A stretch of 64,000 nt of DNA, taken from the NCBI GenBank assembly GCA_963555815.3, contig CAUVWX020000001.1:736001-800000 (forward strand). Reading direction: 5' to 3'. Made by a program: the position numbers and the translations under genes. The notes beneath the pieces are model-generated. The model did no database searches. It had not been told where the DNA came from and saw only the letters and a list, made by a program, of their open reading frames with translations. The first letter of the stretch is position 1, and each line of letters starts with the position of its first letter. Source of the stretch: a bacterium (lineage in GTDB: Bacteria > UBA8248 > JACPRG01 > G963555815). This document shows positions 41,861 to 51,874 of this stretch, piece by piece.

Positions 41861-43969
41861 TTATCTCAGGTTGGTAGAGACTGCGTCAGAGCGTGGGTGG
41901 TAGGAGAAGATCATGTTGTCGTGGAAGAGGGGGTCGAACTGGTAGAAGAGTTGTGCCCCCGCTCTGGGTGCCTCTACGTTGGCGGTGATGGAGCTGTTGC
42001 CGTCGACGGGCCTTCCGTGGAAGTAGGTGTAGTCGACCCAGTAGCGTCCGTCGGGCGCCTTCAGGGTTCCGGTCTCTGGGTTCATGGTGAGGAAGGGGGC
42101 CCAGATGCGGGTCGGGGGGATGATGTCCCCGCCCCCGTTTGGGTTCCTCAAGAAGCCCGGGAAGCGAAGCTCGGGGAAGGTGTCGGAGTAGGGGTGGGTG
42201 ATGATGGCCCCTTTGGGCATCTTGGCGACGCCAAAGGCCTCTGCGTCAAAGCTGATGAGGACCCCGTCCTCTCCGTCGGCGTCCCGAAGGGGATCGCCCG
42301 CGGGGATGTTCGCACCCTCTCTGATCTTCGCCGGCGGATTGAAACGCCAGTAACCGCTCACGCGCTTGAAGATGTAGCCCGGGTGAGTCTTACCGAGCTG
42401 ATCAGTGAAGGGGGTCAGGAGTGCCTGGTCCTCTTCCCGTGGGAAGACCCCCGCTTGGGCATTGATCCCGGCGTGGGGGACAAACCCCCAACCGGTTCGC
42501 CACTGCATCTCGGCCACCTTGGGCACCCCATAGGTGGGCTTGGCGTTGAACTTCCCGAAGCTGAAGCTGCCGTTGCCAAAGGTCCTGGCCGCCTCGTTGG
42601 GGAGCTGGTCGCCGAAGTCCACGTTTCGGTAGTAGTGGACCATGTTGTCCAGGTTGATGATCTTGACCTTAAAGGACCCCCCTTGCTCCCAGTCACGGAC
42701 CACGGCGCCCTTGGCCTCGGTCCCGACCTGGGCGTAAGGGGTCACGCCGTAGATCTCGTTGTTTAGGTAGGCCAGGATGATGTCGTAGTCCCCGTATTCG
42801 TCGCGACCTATCCCCTCCTCCTCCTGAAGGACTTCCCATGCCTCAGGGGGCAGCTGACGAAGATCGGCCGCGAGCCGGGTCCACTCCCGAAAGGTCCCAG
42901 AAGGGGCCACGTCGGGGTCCATGAGCATGGCGGCGATCTCGCTGCCGGTGGCGCCCTCCATGGCCGCCGTGGCGACCCGGTAGGCCTTCTTCTCGGGGGC
43001 CGCCTCGCCGATGTTCTCAATGGTCAGATTCTCTCGGGTCCGCGTCGCGAAGGACTCACCCGCCGGGTTCAGCTCGCCGTCAGGGGAATCCTCAAAGACC
43101 GGCTGAAGGAACTGGACCCGAGGCGGGTGCACGCCCCAGCCCCAGGTGTACATGCCCTTGAAGTGGATGAGAGAGGGGTATTTGATCGTCATCTCAGCAA
43201 GGGTCTCTGCCGGAACGCTCGTGAAGGTGCTGTCCAGACCGTGAAAGATCCGGCCAAAGCCGTCGTTGAGAATCGTGGTCGGGGCGATATCCTCCTGAAT
43301 GAGCGAGTATATCCGCCAGTTGATGCGGAACTCGTCGTAGAGTTGAGCCTCATAGGGGACGCGAAGGAGGAAGGTGTCTGAGTCGAAGTTGTGGCCGTAC
43401 CAGAGCATGTTGATGGTCACCTCCCACACCTTGTGGAGCTCACCATCGATCTGGCTGCGAACGGTCTCGCCCGTGTCCACCAGACGCTTCATCTTGTACT
43501 CGTCCGGGACCTGGTCGGCCACAAGGGCGCCCGGGTTATAGTTCAAGAGAGGAAAACCGTCGTAGACCCGGCCCTCGGTCGTGCCAAGGAGGATGGCCAG
43601 CATCTCCTCGGCAGCGCTCAGATCCTCAACCGGCTGGTCACCGGACGCCCGAGCCACCACGAGAAGACGCGTCATGGCCAACTCAATGTCCTGAAGGGGA
43701 TCGCGAAGACCCTCGATTTCCCACCCCGTGGCACTATCCGTCTCCAACAGCGGCGTCATCGTCAGCTCGCTGGCGTGAAGCATGGGCTTCCCTTCATAGG
43801 CCGGCGTCGTGTGAGGGACCCGAATCTCCCTGCCCATCTTGTGACTCAAAACCGGGTCCACTGAGTCCGGCAATAAGGTGGGCGCACAAGCCGTCAGGGT
43901 CAATAACAACAACACCCCCCAGGACTTCCACACCCCGCCACCCTTGAAATGCCCACGCAATGTCCTCAT
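41861..43969 (-). CDS. large lipoprotein of unknown function (about 700 aa)
   Basis: RBS AGGGGG, lipobox LTA-C; motifs YTWGWGVHPPRVQF, HYYRNVDFG, YQFDPLFHDNMIFSYHP. Confidence 0.85.
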   Translation of the reverse strand: MRTLRGHFKGGGVWKSWGVLLLLTLTACAPTLLPDSVDPVLSHKMGREIRVPHTTPAYEGKPMLHASELTMTPLLETDSATGWEIEGLRDPLQDIELAMTRLLVVARASGDQPVEDLSAAEEMLAILLGTTEGRVYDGFPLLNYNPGALVADQVPDEYKMKRLVDTGETVRSQIDGELHKVWEVTINMLWYGHNFDSDTFLLRVPYEAQLYDEFRINWRIYSLIQEDIAPTTILNDGFGRIFHGLDSTFTSVPAETLAEMTIKYPSLIHFKGMYTWGWGVHPPRVQFLQPVFEDSPDGELNPAGESFATRTRENLTIENIGEAAPEKKAYRVATAAMEGATGSEIAAMLMDPDVAPSGTFREWTRLAADLRQLPPEAWEVLQEEEGIGRDEYGDYDIILAYLNNEIYGVTPYAQVGTEAKGAVVRDWEQGGSFKVKIINLDNMVHYYRNVDFGDQLPNEAARTFGNGSFSFGKFNAKPTYGVPKVAEMQWRTGWGFVPHAGINAQAGVFPREEDQALLTPFTDQLGKTHPGYIFKRVSGYWRFNPPAKIREGANIPAGDPLRDADGEDGVLISFDAEAFGVAKMPKGAIITHPYSDTFPELRFPGFLRNPNGGGDIIPPTRIWAPFLTMNPETGTLKAPDGRYWVDYTYFHGRPVDGNSSITANVEAPRAGAQLFYQFDPLFHDNMIFSYHPRSDAVSTNLR

Positions 43970-44198
43970 TATCGCCCCCTTTGGCACACTCGATGGCGCC
44001 AGTGGATGTCACTCCCTGAATATCGTTATCAGAACTCCAACGGCCCTTTAAGTCAAAAATATACGCCAAAATCCTATCAAGCGCCACTCAGGCGAAACAA
44101 TGGGTTTCTCAGCGGAGCTTTTCTGGGGTCGGGAGTGGCTCAAACGTGCTGTTTTTATGGCGGTTGAGCACCTCGCGGGCCGGCGCGTCTGGTGTCGT

Positions 44199-45569
44199 CT
44201 AACCCGCCGCCAGGATCGTCAGCCCGAGCACCGTGAGGCCGACCATCACGGCCAGCATGGCGTACTGGGTGCGGAAGGCGCGGTCTGGAGGAAACTCGGC
44301 GAGGGCGCGATCGTGGGCGAGGATCACCGCGACCACGTGGCCGGTGACGATGACGGCCACCTGGACGTACCAGATCCCTGTGGGCGGTAGCCAGTAGTTG
44401 ATCTTCCAATTGGCGGTGCCGAACAGGTTCCACCCGAGTGCGAACGGATCGCTGAGCGTGGAGAGCAGCAGCTGACCTTCGAAGATGACCAGCGTGAAGT
44501 AGTGGGCGACGGCGTAGGCCAGGCCGATCGGCACCAGGGTGTGGGCGAAGCTCCGGGCCACATCGGATGGCGAGCGGTCGCTCTCGCCGGAGATCTGAAC
44601 TGCCGCCCACGAGGCCTGCCAGTATCCGGCGCCGATCAACGCCACAGTGCCGATCAGCGCGAGGGTGCCAAGCCACGGCTCGCTGGACGAGAACCCCATG
44701 CCTGCCGCGATGTCCCGCCACCAGGGGGTGCTGGAGAGGCCGTCGTAGGTGACGGTGCCGATCATCAGCACGACGAACATGGTGAGGCCGGACCATTGTG
44801 GCACGGCCGGAAGGGCCCGCAGCCACCCTCGCCAGACCAGCTGGCCCTTCTCCGTCCTTCCGAACGGGGAGATCCCGCTGATTAGACGGTTGTAGGTGGT
44901 GAAGGCATCGCCCACCTGGAGCCCGGTGGTGCGTCCCGCCCAGGTCATCATGGCGAAGATGTAGAGCGTGTACACGAGGGCGGCGACCCCGAGCGTGCGT
45001 GGAGAGCCAGGGTCGGGGTACACAAGTTCTAGCCAGGTGAAGGCTAGGAAGGCCAAGGCCGCTGGCCACACACCCCAGCGAGTCAGTAGATCGTGGCGCT
45101 CGCGGCCACCGATTCTAGACAACTCGCCGATCGTGCGCCAGGGGTTGATCGGCGCCCACAGGTTCCCGACGAGCGCCCCTAAAAAAGGCATCGCAAGCCA
45201 GAAGACCACCCAGACGAGAACGGGTGCTATGTTGCGGGAGATGGTATTGGAGCCGCCCAACCCCGCGAGGATCACCAAGACGAAGACCAGCAAACCAATA
45301 ACCCGAAGCACCCCGGCGAGTGGGCGCAGCCACGAGCCGCCCAGCACCCGTTGCTGGGGGCCGCCCTGTAGCCTGGGCTTGGTCCAAAGTACGCCGATGG
45401 CCACGAAAGACACGACGAGAACGATGCCGGCGCCGTAGAGAAAAAACTCCAAGGGCACTGGCAGGTCGGCCCGGCCGCCGACTATCCCGTGCGCGATAGC
45501 CGGGATGGGGGCAGCCAGCAGCAGGAGGTTCAGCCCCAGCAGCGCGGCTAACCTGGCCCTTGCTCTCAT
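44199..45569 (-). CDS. FedB ('fenitrothion hydrolase')-like polytopic membrane protein
   Basis: AIA-HG..DLPVP, GNLW..NPWR, WLELV, TVTYDG, FAHTLVPI..AY.VAHY, LSDPF..GWNLFGTA, GHV..V..AHD. Confidence 0.8.
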   Translation of the reverse strand: MRARARLAALLGLNLLLLAAPIPAIAHGIVGGRADLPVPLEFFLYGAGIVLVVSFVAIGVLWTKPRLQGGPQQRVLGGSWLRPLAGVLRVIGLLVFVLVILAGLGGSNTISRNIAPVLVWVVFWLAMPFLGALVGNLWAPINPWRTIGELSRIGGRERHDLLTRWGVWPAALAFLAFTWLELVYPDPGSPRTLGVAALVYTLYIFAMMTWAGRTTGLQVGDAFTTYNRLISGISPFGRTEKGQLVWRGWLRALPAVPQWSGLTMFVVLMIGTVTYDGLSSTPWWRDIAAGMGFSSSEPWLGTLALIGTVALIGAGYWQASWAAVQISGESDRSPSDVARSFAHTLVPIGLAYAVAHYFTLVIFEGQLLLSTLSDPFALGWNLFGTANWKINYWLPPTGIWYVQVAVIVTGHVVAVILAHDRALAEFPPDRAFRTQYAMLAVMVGLTVLGLTILAAG

Positions 45570-46021
45570 GGACGCACCTCGAGCTCGAGGAGCAACCGGT
45601 GTCCCCCTTCGAGCTCCATTTCGAAGATCCCCGGGATGTCGGCCGTGAACTCGATGATAGACGGAGCCTCCGGGCTCAGCGGGGCGCGGAGGTCGTACCC
45701 GTGAAGATGCACCTCGCCGCTGATGTCAGCGGTCACCGTCAGCCGCACCTCCGAGCCGAGAGGGACCCGGGCCCTCCCGCCACCGGTGACGGTCTCGTTG
45801 GCGATCGCCACGTCAATGGCTACGACATCCTCCCCCAGCGCGATGCGGGTGGTGAAAGTCGTCGCTGAGTCCCGACTCACTGACGCTGTGGAGGGGTTCG
45901 GCTTTGACGACGGACCACCGGCGGCCGCCATGGCGGGGAGTGGGGTGGTCAGCAACAGGTGGCTCACCCCGAGCAGCGCGGCGAGAAGAAAGACCAAAAA
46001 GCCATTTCTCTGTCCAATCAT
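45566..46021 (-). CDS. exported cupredoxin-like protein (FedA-like)
   Basis: signal peptide; VRLTVTAD..EVHLHGYD..FTADIPGIFEME; ATGA-coupled to the downstream gene. Confidence 0.75.
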   Translation of the reverse strand: MIGQRNGFLVFLLAALLGVSHLLLTTPLPAMAAAGGPSSKPNPSTASVSRDSATTFTTRIALGEDVVAIDVAIANETVTGGGRARVPLGSEVRLTVTADISGEVHLHGYDLRAPLSPEAPSIIEFTADIPGIFEMELEGGHRLLLELEVRP

Positions 46022-46149
46022 GCGACTTCCTTACTCCTGAAGAGACGGATATCGGGAATTCTCGTCATCAAAAAAGTGAAAAGCTATTCTACGGCGATTT
46101 CCCCTCTCATGGAACCTAATCCCGGTCCGCTTCTGCGTTACTTTGGGAT

Positions 46150-46971
46150 TTAAGGGGATTTCGCCGCGACCTTGACCCAACAATGGTCTCCCGCCCGGCG
46201 AAACCCAAGGGTCTCAAAGACCCGAACAGAGGCCGGGTTCTCCCGGACGATGAAACACCAGGGGGTCTTGCCTTGCCGCAGGAGCTCTTCCGTCAGGGCG
46301 GAGACGACGTAGCGGGCAAGGTATCTTCCCCGGTGGGACTCAAGGGTGTGGACCATGCCGATGGAGCCGTCCGGGTGGGTGAGGGCCCAGGAGACGAGCT
46401 GGCCGTCCAGACGCACTCCCCTCGTGGGCCCGGACTGGATCCGGTCCAGGATGTAGGCTTCGTCCTGACTGTAGGTCCAGTTGGCGGCCACCAGGGGGGC
46501 ATCCTCGGGCCGAAGGCCCATGGTCAGGCAGATGGCCGCGAAGATGTCGAGATTGGCGGCCATGAAGGGGGCGTACTCGGGCTGGAGGATTCGGGAGATC
46601 TCCTCCTTGCCGCAGGGCCTAAAATCTTCTTGCGTTGTGACGTACATCGACCAGGGGGTCTCCGAAAGGCTAAGACCTCTTTTTTGAAGGAGGGGCATGA
46701 ACCGGGCCGGGATGCCTGAGAACGCCACTTCCTCCGACCAGTCGATCCCCTCCAGCAAGGCCTCGGCCCCCGCTTCCGTGGCGGCGTAGAGGGCGTAGAA
46801 GCCTCGCTTCCGGCAGAGCGCCCCCCTCGGGTCCGGCCAGCGGTCAAACCACCACCCCTCACAGGACCCCCCCTCTTCCTCTAAGGTCCCGAGGAGTTTC
46901 AGGTTAAAGATGGGCTCTCGGTTCAGCAGGTCCCGAAGGGCCCCCACTTGTGAGGGGGTCACAGGCTCCAT
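46150..46971 (-). CDS. GNAT acetyltransferase (FR47-like C-terminal domain)
   Basis: IGMVHTLESHRGRYLA, ENPASVRVFETLGF. Confidence 0.85.
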   Translation of the reverse strand: MEPVTPSQVGALRDLLNREPIFNLKLLGTLEEEGGSCEGWWFDRWPDPRGALCRKRGFYALYAATEAGAEALLEGIDWSEEVAFSGIPARFMPLLQKRGLSLSETPWSMYVTTQEDFRPCGKEEISRILQPEYAPFMAANLDIFAAICLTMGLRPEDAPLVAANWTYSQDEAYILDRIQSGPTRGVRLDGQLVSWALTHPDGSIGMVHTLESHRGRYLARYVVSALTEELLRQGKTPWCFIVRENPASVRVFETLGFRRAGDHCWVKVAAKSP

Positions 46972-47119
46972 CGTTCGCTCTCAAAAGGACGCTCTGGGTG
47001 AATCAGTGTTTCCCTGCGCCATCGAAAATGCGGAAGAGTTCTCCCAGACCCGTCAAAGGGTGCTCTATTATAGTGTCCAGGAAAGTGATTTTTCTCTTGC
47101 CCCCGTCGAGGGGAGATGA

Positions 47120-48127
47120 GTGTTGCGAATTATCATCGCGACGAATGACCAGGCTGATGCGCCGGGGACCGAGTCCATGGGTTACCTTCGGGCCCTCGCC
47201 GCCCTTGGCCATGAGGTGGAATACTTCTACTACCGAAAAAAAGGCTTCTTTTATAGCAATTTCAGAAAAGCCTGGATCCGGAAGATGAACCGGCGTCTCA
47301 TCGAGCGGGTCAAGGGGTGGGGGGCAGACCTCCTCCTCGTCGTCCGCGGGGGCTACATCTTCGGGGAGACAATTCGGGCCATCCACCGGATGACATCCTG
47401 TCGGATGGTCATTTTTTACCCCGACAACCCCTTCGGATCTCCGGTCACACCCGCGTTAGATCTCGACGCCCTTCGGAGTTACCAGCTCTTCCTCACCCGC
47501 GACCGATATTATGAAGATGAGCTGCGGGCCCAGGGGGTCACAACCGTCAAATTTCTCCCCCACGGCTACGACCCTGAGTTTTACCGAACCGTCCCCCTGG
47601 CTCCTGAAGAGGAGCGCCGCCTGGGGGCGGACGTGAGCTTCGTCGGGGCCCCTTATCCTTTTCGGGTCACCTTCTTCCACGAGCTGGTCGGCCCCGAGGT
47701 GGATTTCAAGATTTGGGGCCGACAGGACTGGAGACAGGTCAAGAACCCGTGGCTTCGCCAGCGCTACTCCGGTGGTCCTCTCTCCCAAGAAGAGAAGGTG
47801 AAGGTTTATAACGCGAGCACCGTCAACCTGAACCTGCAGCACCCGAGCGGGGCCGTCCTGGGCCTGGACGAGCGCTCTTTCGGGATTGTGGGAAGCGGTG
47901 GGCTCCTCCTCGTGAACCACAAAAGAGGAGTCGAAGAGTTTTTTCGCCCGGGCGAAGAGATCGTCACCTTCTCCAGTCGGGAAGAACTTCGGGGCCGCAT
48001 CCAGGAACTCTTGAAACGCCCCGAGGAGGCAAAGGCCATCGCACAGCGGGGTCAGCTCCGGGCCCAGGCCGAGCATACGCACCACCACCGCGCCAAGACC
48101 ATCCTGGAGTGGCTTTCGGGGAGTTAG
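47120..48127 (+). CDS. CgeB-like glycosyltransferase (Glyco_trans_1_2)
   Basis: LPHGYDP, DVSFVG, YNAS.VNLN, EEIVTF, AEHTHHHRA. Confidence 0.82.
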   Translation: MLRIIIATNDQADAPGTESMGYLRALAALGHEVEYFYYRKKGFFYSNFRKAWIRKMNRRLIERVKGWGADLLLVVRGGYIFGETIRAIHRMTSCRMVIFYPDNPFGSPVTPALDLDALRSYQLFLTRDRYYEDELRAQGVTTVKFLPHGYDPEFYRTVPLAPEEERRLGADVSFVGAPYPFRVTFFHELVGPEVDFKIWGRQDWRQVKNPWLRQRYSGGPLSQEEKVKVYNASTVNLNLQHPSGAVLGLDERSFGIVGSGGLLLVNHKRGVEEFFRPGEEIVTFSSREELRGRIQELLKRPEEAKAIAQRGQLRAQAEHTHHHRAKTILEWLSGS

Positions 48128-48150
48128 CCCGAAGCCCGCTTTCCTTGGCG

Positions 48151-48957
48151 CTATGGGTGGAGAAGTCGGCGGCCGAAGAGTGAGAGCAAAAAGATGAGGG
48201 ACAGGGTGAGGACGATGCTCGGCCCCGAGGCGATGTTGAGATAAAAGGAGCCGGCGAGACCCACGATGACGCTGAGAAGACTAAAGATGAGGGCCAGCAA
48301 AAAGAGCTGGCGGAGGTTTTGACCCAGATTCTTTGCCGCGGCGGAGGGCAGGATGAGGAGGGCGGCGACGAGAAGGGCGCCTAAAACCTTCATGCTGATG
48401 GCGACCGTTAGAGAGATGAGGACCATAAAGAGATAGTCATAGGCCTCCACCCGAAGCCCCTCGGCCTTCGCGAGGTCCCGGTTGAGGGCGATCTTGACAA
48501 ACCGGCCCAGAAATCCCACCAGGACCCCGACCACCACAGCCCCAAGGACCCCCTGCCAGATGAGGTCTTCCCGCGCGACCCCCAGGATGTCTCCAAAGAG
48601 ATAGGCGAAGAAGTCCGCCCGATAACCCGTTTGGAGACCGATCAAAACCACGCCCAGGGCCATCGTCCCGGTGAAGAAGACCCCGATGACGGAATCCGGC
48701 GAAAGGTCCGTCCGGTTGTGTACCCATCCCATCCCAAGGGCCACCAGGACCAAGAAGGCTATCAGGCTTAAGTCCGGGTCGAGGCCGAGGATGAGCCCGA
48801 TGGCGATCCCCGCCAGGGCCGCGTGGGAGAGGGCGGCGCTGAAGAAGGCCATCTTTCGAAGGACGATAAAGATCCCTAGAAAGGAGCAGACAGTCCCCGC
48901 CACGAGACCCGCGGCAAGGGCCCGCCACATGAAGGGGTATGAGAGGAACTCAGGCAT
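48151..48957 (-). CDS. znuB: Zn/Mn ABC transporter permease
   Basis: ALSHAALAG, YLFGDIL, LGALLVAALLILP. Confidence 0.9.
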   Translation of the reverse strand: MPEFLSYPFMWRALAAGLVAGTVCSFLGIFIVLRKMAFFSAALSHAALAGIAIGLILGLDPDLSLIAFLVLVALGMGWVHNRTDLSPDSVIGVFFTGTMALGVVLIGLQTGYRADFFAYLFGDILGVAREDLIWQGVLGAVVVGVLVGFLGRFVKIALNRDLAKAEGLRVEAYDYLFMVLISLTVAISMKVLGALLVAALLILPSAAAKNLGQNLRQLFLLALIFSLLSVIVGLAGSFYLNIASGPSIVLTLSLIFLLSLFGRRLLHP

Positions 48958-49723
48958 CGGATCCGTGAGCGTGGTGGTGATAGGTGCTGATGGCCTCCCC
49001 GTAAGCCTTTTTGAGATTCTCGCTGGTGAGGATCTCATCGGGGGGCCCCTGACAACAAAGGTGCCGGTTGAGGCAGAGCACCTGGTCCGCGTCTCGGTAC
49101 ACCATGTGGAGGTCGTGAGAGACAAGGAGGAGGGTGATGCCCATCTCCTCGTGGAGGTGGTGTAAGCGCTCGGCGAGAGCGGATTCGCCCACCAGGTCCA
49201 CCCCCGCGAGGGGCTCGTCCAGGAGGAGGATGTCTGGCTTTTGGGACAGGGCGTAGGCCATGAGGACGCGCTGAAATTCTCCTCCCGAAAGGTCCCCCAG
49301 GCGTTGGTCCAGGAGGTGAGAGCCACCCACGCCGTCCAGATCCTTGAGGATCTTCTGTCGGCGGATCCCTCGCTTAAAGCCCCACCATGCCCCTTCCTCT
49401 CCCATACCGAGAAGAAGGAATTCCAGGACCGTCAAGGGGAAACTTCGGTCCAGGTCGAACCTTTGGGGGACATAGCCGATGCGAGCATGGGCCCCTCCCA
49501 ACTCCCGCCGGTTTCGACCCTGGATCCGGATCTCGCCTTCATAGGGCACGATCCCCAGGAGGGCCTTCAGAAGCGTCGTCTTTCCTGACCCATTGGGCCC
49601 GATGACGGCGACCGCCTCTCCCGCCCGGACCGTGAAGTTCAGGTCCGAGAGGGCTTCCCGGTTTTTGAATCGGACGGTGAGGTGAGCCACTTCGATGATC
49701 GGTATCCCGCTAGGGCCTGGCAT
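48950..49723 (-). CDS. znuC: Zn/Mn ABC transporter ATP-binding protein
   Basis: GPNGSGKT, LSGGEFQR, LLLDEP, VSHD, His-rich tail. Confidence 0.92.
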   Translation of the reverse strand: MPGPSGIPIIEVAHLTVRFKNREALSDLNFTVRAGEAVAVIGPNGSGKTTLLKALLGIVPYEGEIRIQGRNRRELGGAHARIGYVPQRFDLDRSFPLTVLEFLLLGMGEEGAWWGFKRGIRRQKILKDLDGVGGSHLLDQRLGDLSGGEFQRVLMAYALSQKPDILLLDEPLAGVDLVGESALAERLHHLHEEMGITLLLVSHDLHMVYRDADQVLCLNRHLCCQGPPDEILTSENLKKAYGEAISTYHHHAHGSDA

Positions 49724-49733
49724 TTGCAGATCC

Positions 49734-50666
49734 TTAGAGGTTTAAGGCTTCGGCAATCACGCGAAGATTAGTCCGCATGATGCGCTCATAGCCCTCTGGG
49801 TGAAGGGGTCCAGTCTCCATGGGGTCCAGCGTGTAGACCTGAAGGTCCAGGTCGTTTGCGAAGGAGCGCACGACCCTCGGCACCGGCTTCACCTGAGAAA
49901 AGATGGCACGGACCCCGCGGGTTCGAACGAGGTCCGAAAGCCGGGCAAGGTGTCTCGGGGCGGGGTCCTGGCCCGCCACTTCCTCAATGGCGCCCAGGAG
50001 GTTCAGGTTATAGCGGTCTGAGAAATAGATAAAGGCGTCGTGAAAGGTCACATAGAGGTGTGTCTTGACCTCTTTCAGGCCGTCTCGGATCTCTGCGTCC
50101 AGCAGGCGAAGCCTTCGGGCATAGGACTCGTAGTTGGCCTGATAGGCCGCCCGTCCCACGGGGTCAGCCCTGGAGAGGGCTTCCCGGATATTGTCGGCTT
50201 GGTGCAGGGCCCGGAGGGGGTCGAGCCAGATGTGGGGATCTTGGCCCTTCGGTCCCCGGCCGGGAGTTGCCCTGTTTTTACGAAGTGAGTCCTCCTTCTT
50301 CAAGGGTTCGACCCCAAGGCTGGTGTCGACCAGTTGGTCGGGTGAGAGGCTGGCGTTCTTCAGCAACCCCGTCAGCCAACCTTCCAGACCCAGCCCGTTG
50401 ACGAAGAGGAGGCGGGACTGGGAGAGGCGGCGAAGGTCTCGAGGGGTGGCGGCGAAGTCGTGAGGGTCAACATGGGAGGGGAGGAGGAGTTCGACGTCCG
50501 CACGATCGCCCGCCACATTGACCGCGAGATAGTAGAGGGGGAGGATGGTGACCATCACCTTGAGTTTTCCCTGGGCCTGGGCGACCGGCAGGGGCAGGAG
50601 GAGGGCCGAGACCAGCAAAAGCAGGGCCTTCAACGCCGGGCTACGAGTTGGGGGTCGTCTTCTCAT
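49734..50666 (-). CDS. znuA: Zn/Mn ABC transporter substrate-binding protein
   Basis: DPHDF, NGLGLE, DPHIWLDP, FHDAFIYF. Confidence 0.9.
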   Translation of the reverse strand: MRRRPPTRSPALKALLLLVSALLLPLPVAQAQGKLKVMVTILPLYYLAVNVAGDRADVELLLPSHVDPHDFAATPRDLRRLSQSRLLFVNGLGLEGWLTGLLKNASLSPDQLVDTSLGVEPLKKEDSLRKNRATPGRGPKGQDPHIWLDPLRALHQADNIREALSRADPVGRAAYQANYESYARRLRLLDAEIRDGLKEVKTHLYVTFHDAFIYFSDRYNLNLLGAIEEVAGQDPAPRHLARLSDLVRTRGVRAIFSQVKPVPRVVRSFANDLDLQVYTLDPMETGPLHPEGYERIMRTNLRVIAEALNL

Positions 50667-50903
50667 GGGTCTCCTGGTCGAGAACGCCGCGGCGAGACAA
50701 AAAAGACCCTTCCTTGGGCTCGGTCGCCTTGGACGAGGGGCGTTGCTATTGCAAACCATTCTGCCGGGCTACCTAGCATCTCCCTCTTTCTCTGTCAAGA
50801 CAGCCGTGGTTGCAAAAAGAGCTGCGAGGGGATAGATTGGCCCGAATTGCCGGGGAATGGGGTCTAAACACCGCTTGAGGTGGACTTTAAAGGAGTGGTC
50901 GAG

Positions 50904-51815
50904 TTGGAGCCTGTGAAAAAAATATGGATGGACGGCTCCCTCGTCGGATGGGACGAGGCCAAGGTCCACATTCTGACCCATAGCCTTCATTATGGCCTCG
51001 GGGTCTTTGAAGGCATCCGGTGCTATGAGACCGAACGGGCCCCGGCCGTTTTCCGGTTGCCGGAGCACCTGGACCGGCTCTTCCGTTCCGCCCATATCGT
51101 GGGTCTGAAACCCTCCTGCAGCCGGGAGGAGGTCTCCGAGGCGATCCGGCTCCTGATCCAAACCAACGCTCTTCAGGCCTGCTACATCCGACCCATCATC
51201 TACCTCGGCTATGGAGACATGGGAATAAATCACGCCCGCTGTCCGGTGAGGGTGTCGGTGGTCGTGTGGCGGTGGGGGACCTATCTGGGCGATGAGGCGC
51301 TGACCCGCGGAGTGCGGGTCAAGATCAGTTCCTACACGAGCCATCACGTCAACACCAACATGACCAAGGCCAAGGTGTGCGGTAATTACGCCCTCTCCCA
51401 GCTCGCCAAGATGGAGGCCGTTCGCCTGGGATATGACGAGGCCCTCCTGTTGGATCTCTCCGGGATGGTGGCCCAGGGCTCAGGCGAGAATATATTTATC
51501 GTCCGAGATGGAGTCCTGAAGACCCCGCCCCCGCCGGGGGTCCTGGAGGGGATCACCCGGGACAGTGTCATCCGGCTGGCCGAGCGGGCAGGCCTGCGAG
51601 TCTTGGAGGAGCCCTTCGCCCGGGACGAACTCTATATTGCGGACGAGGCCTTCTTCACCGGGACCGCCGCGGAGGTGACCCCTATCCGCGAGGTGGATGA
51701 GCGGCCCATCGGGGACGGCAAGCCGGGCCCTGTGACGCACCAGCTACAAAAAACCTTCTTCGAGGTGGTGAAGGGAAAGAACGGGGAATTCGAGCGGTGG
51801 CTCACCTATCTATAA
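50904..51815 (+). CDS. ilvE: branched-chain amino acid aminotransferase
   Basis: LHYGLGVFEGIR, AKVCGNY, GSGENIF, LEGITR, TGTAAEVTP. Confidence 0.96.
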   Translation: MEPVKKIWMDGSLVGWDEAKVHILTHSLHYGLGVFEGIRCYETERAPAVFRLPEHLDRLFRSAHIVGLKPSCSREEVSEAIRLLIQTNALQACYIRPIIYLGYGDMGINHARCPVRVSVVVWRWGTYLGDEALTRGVRVKISSYTSHHVNTNMTKAKVCGNYALSQLAKMEAVRLGYDEALLLDLSGMVAQGSGENIFIVRDGVLKTPPPPGVLEGITRDSVIRLAERAGLRVLEEPFARDELYIADEAFFTGTAAEVTPIREVDERPIGDGKPGPVTHQLQKTFFEVVKGKNGEFERWLTYL

Positions 51816-51874
51816 CAGAGCGTCCCGCGATCCGAGGGGCTGGGAAAACTGAAGGAGGAGGTTGAATCGCCATT

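Noticed and set aside
50741..50760. Zur/Fur-like near-palindrome TTGCTATTGCAA upstream of znuA
   Set aside because: Plausible position, but imperfect and single; cannot be supported without a lineage-specific matrix.
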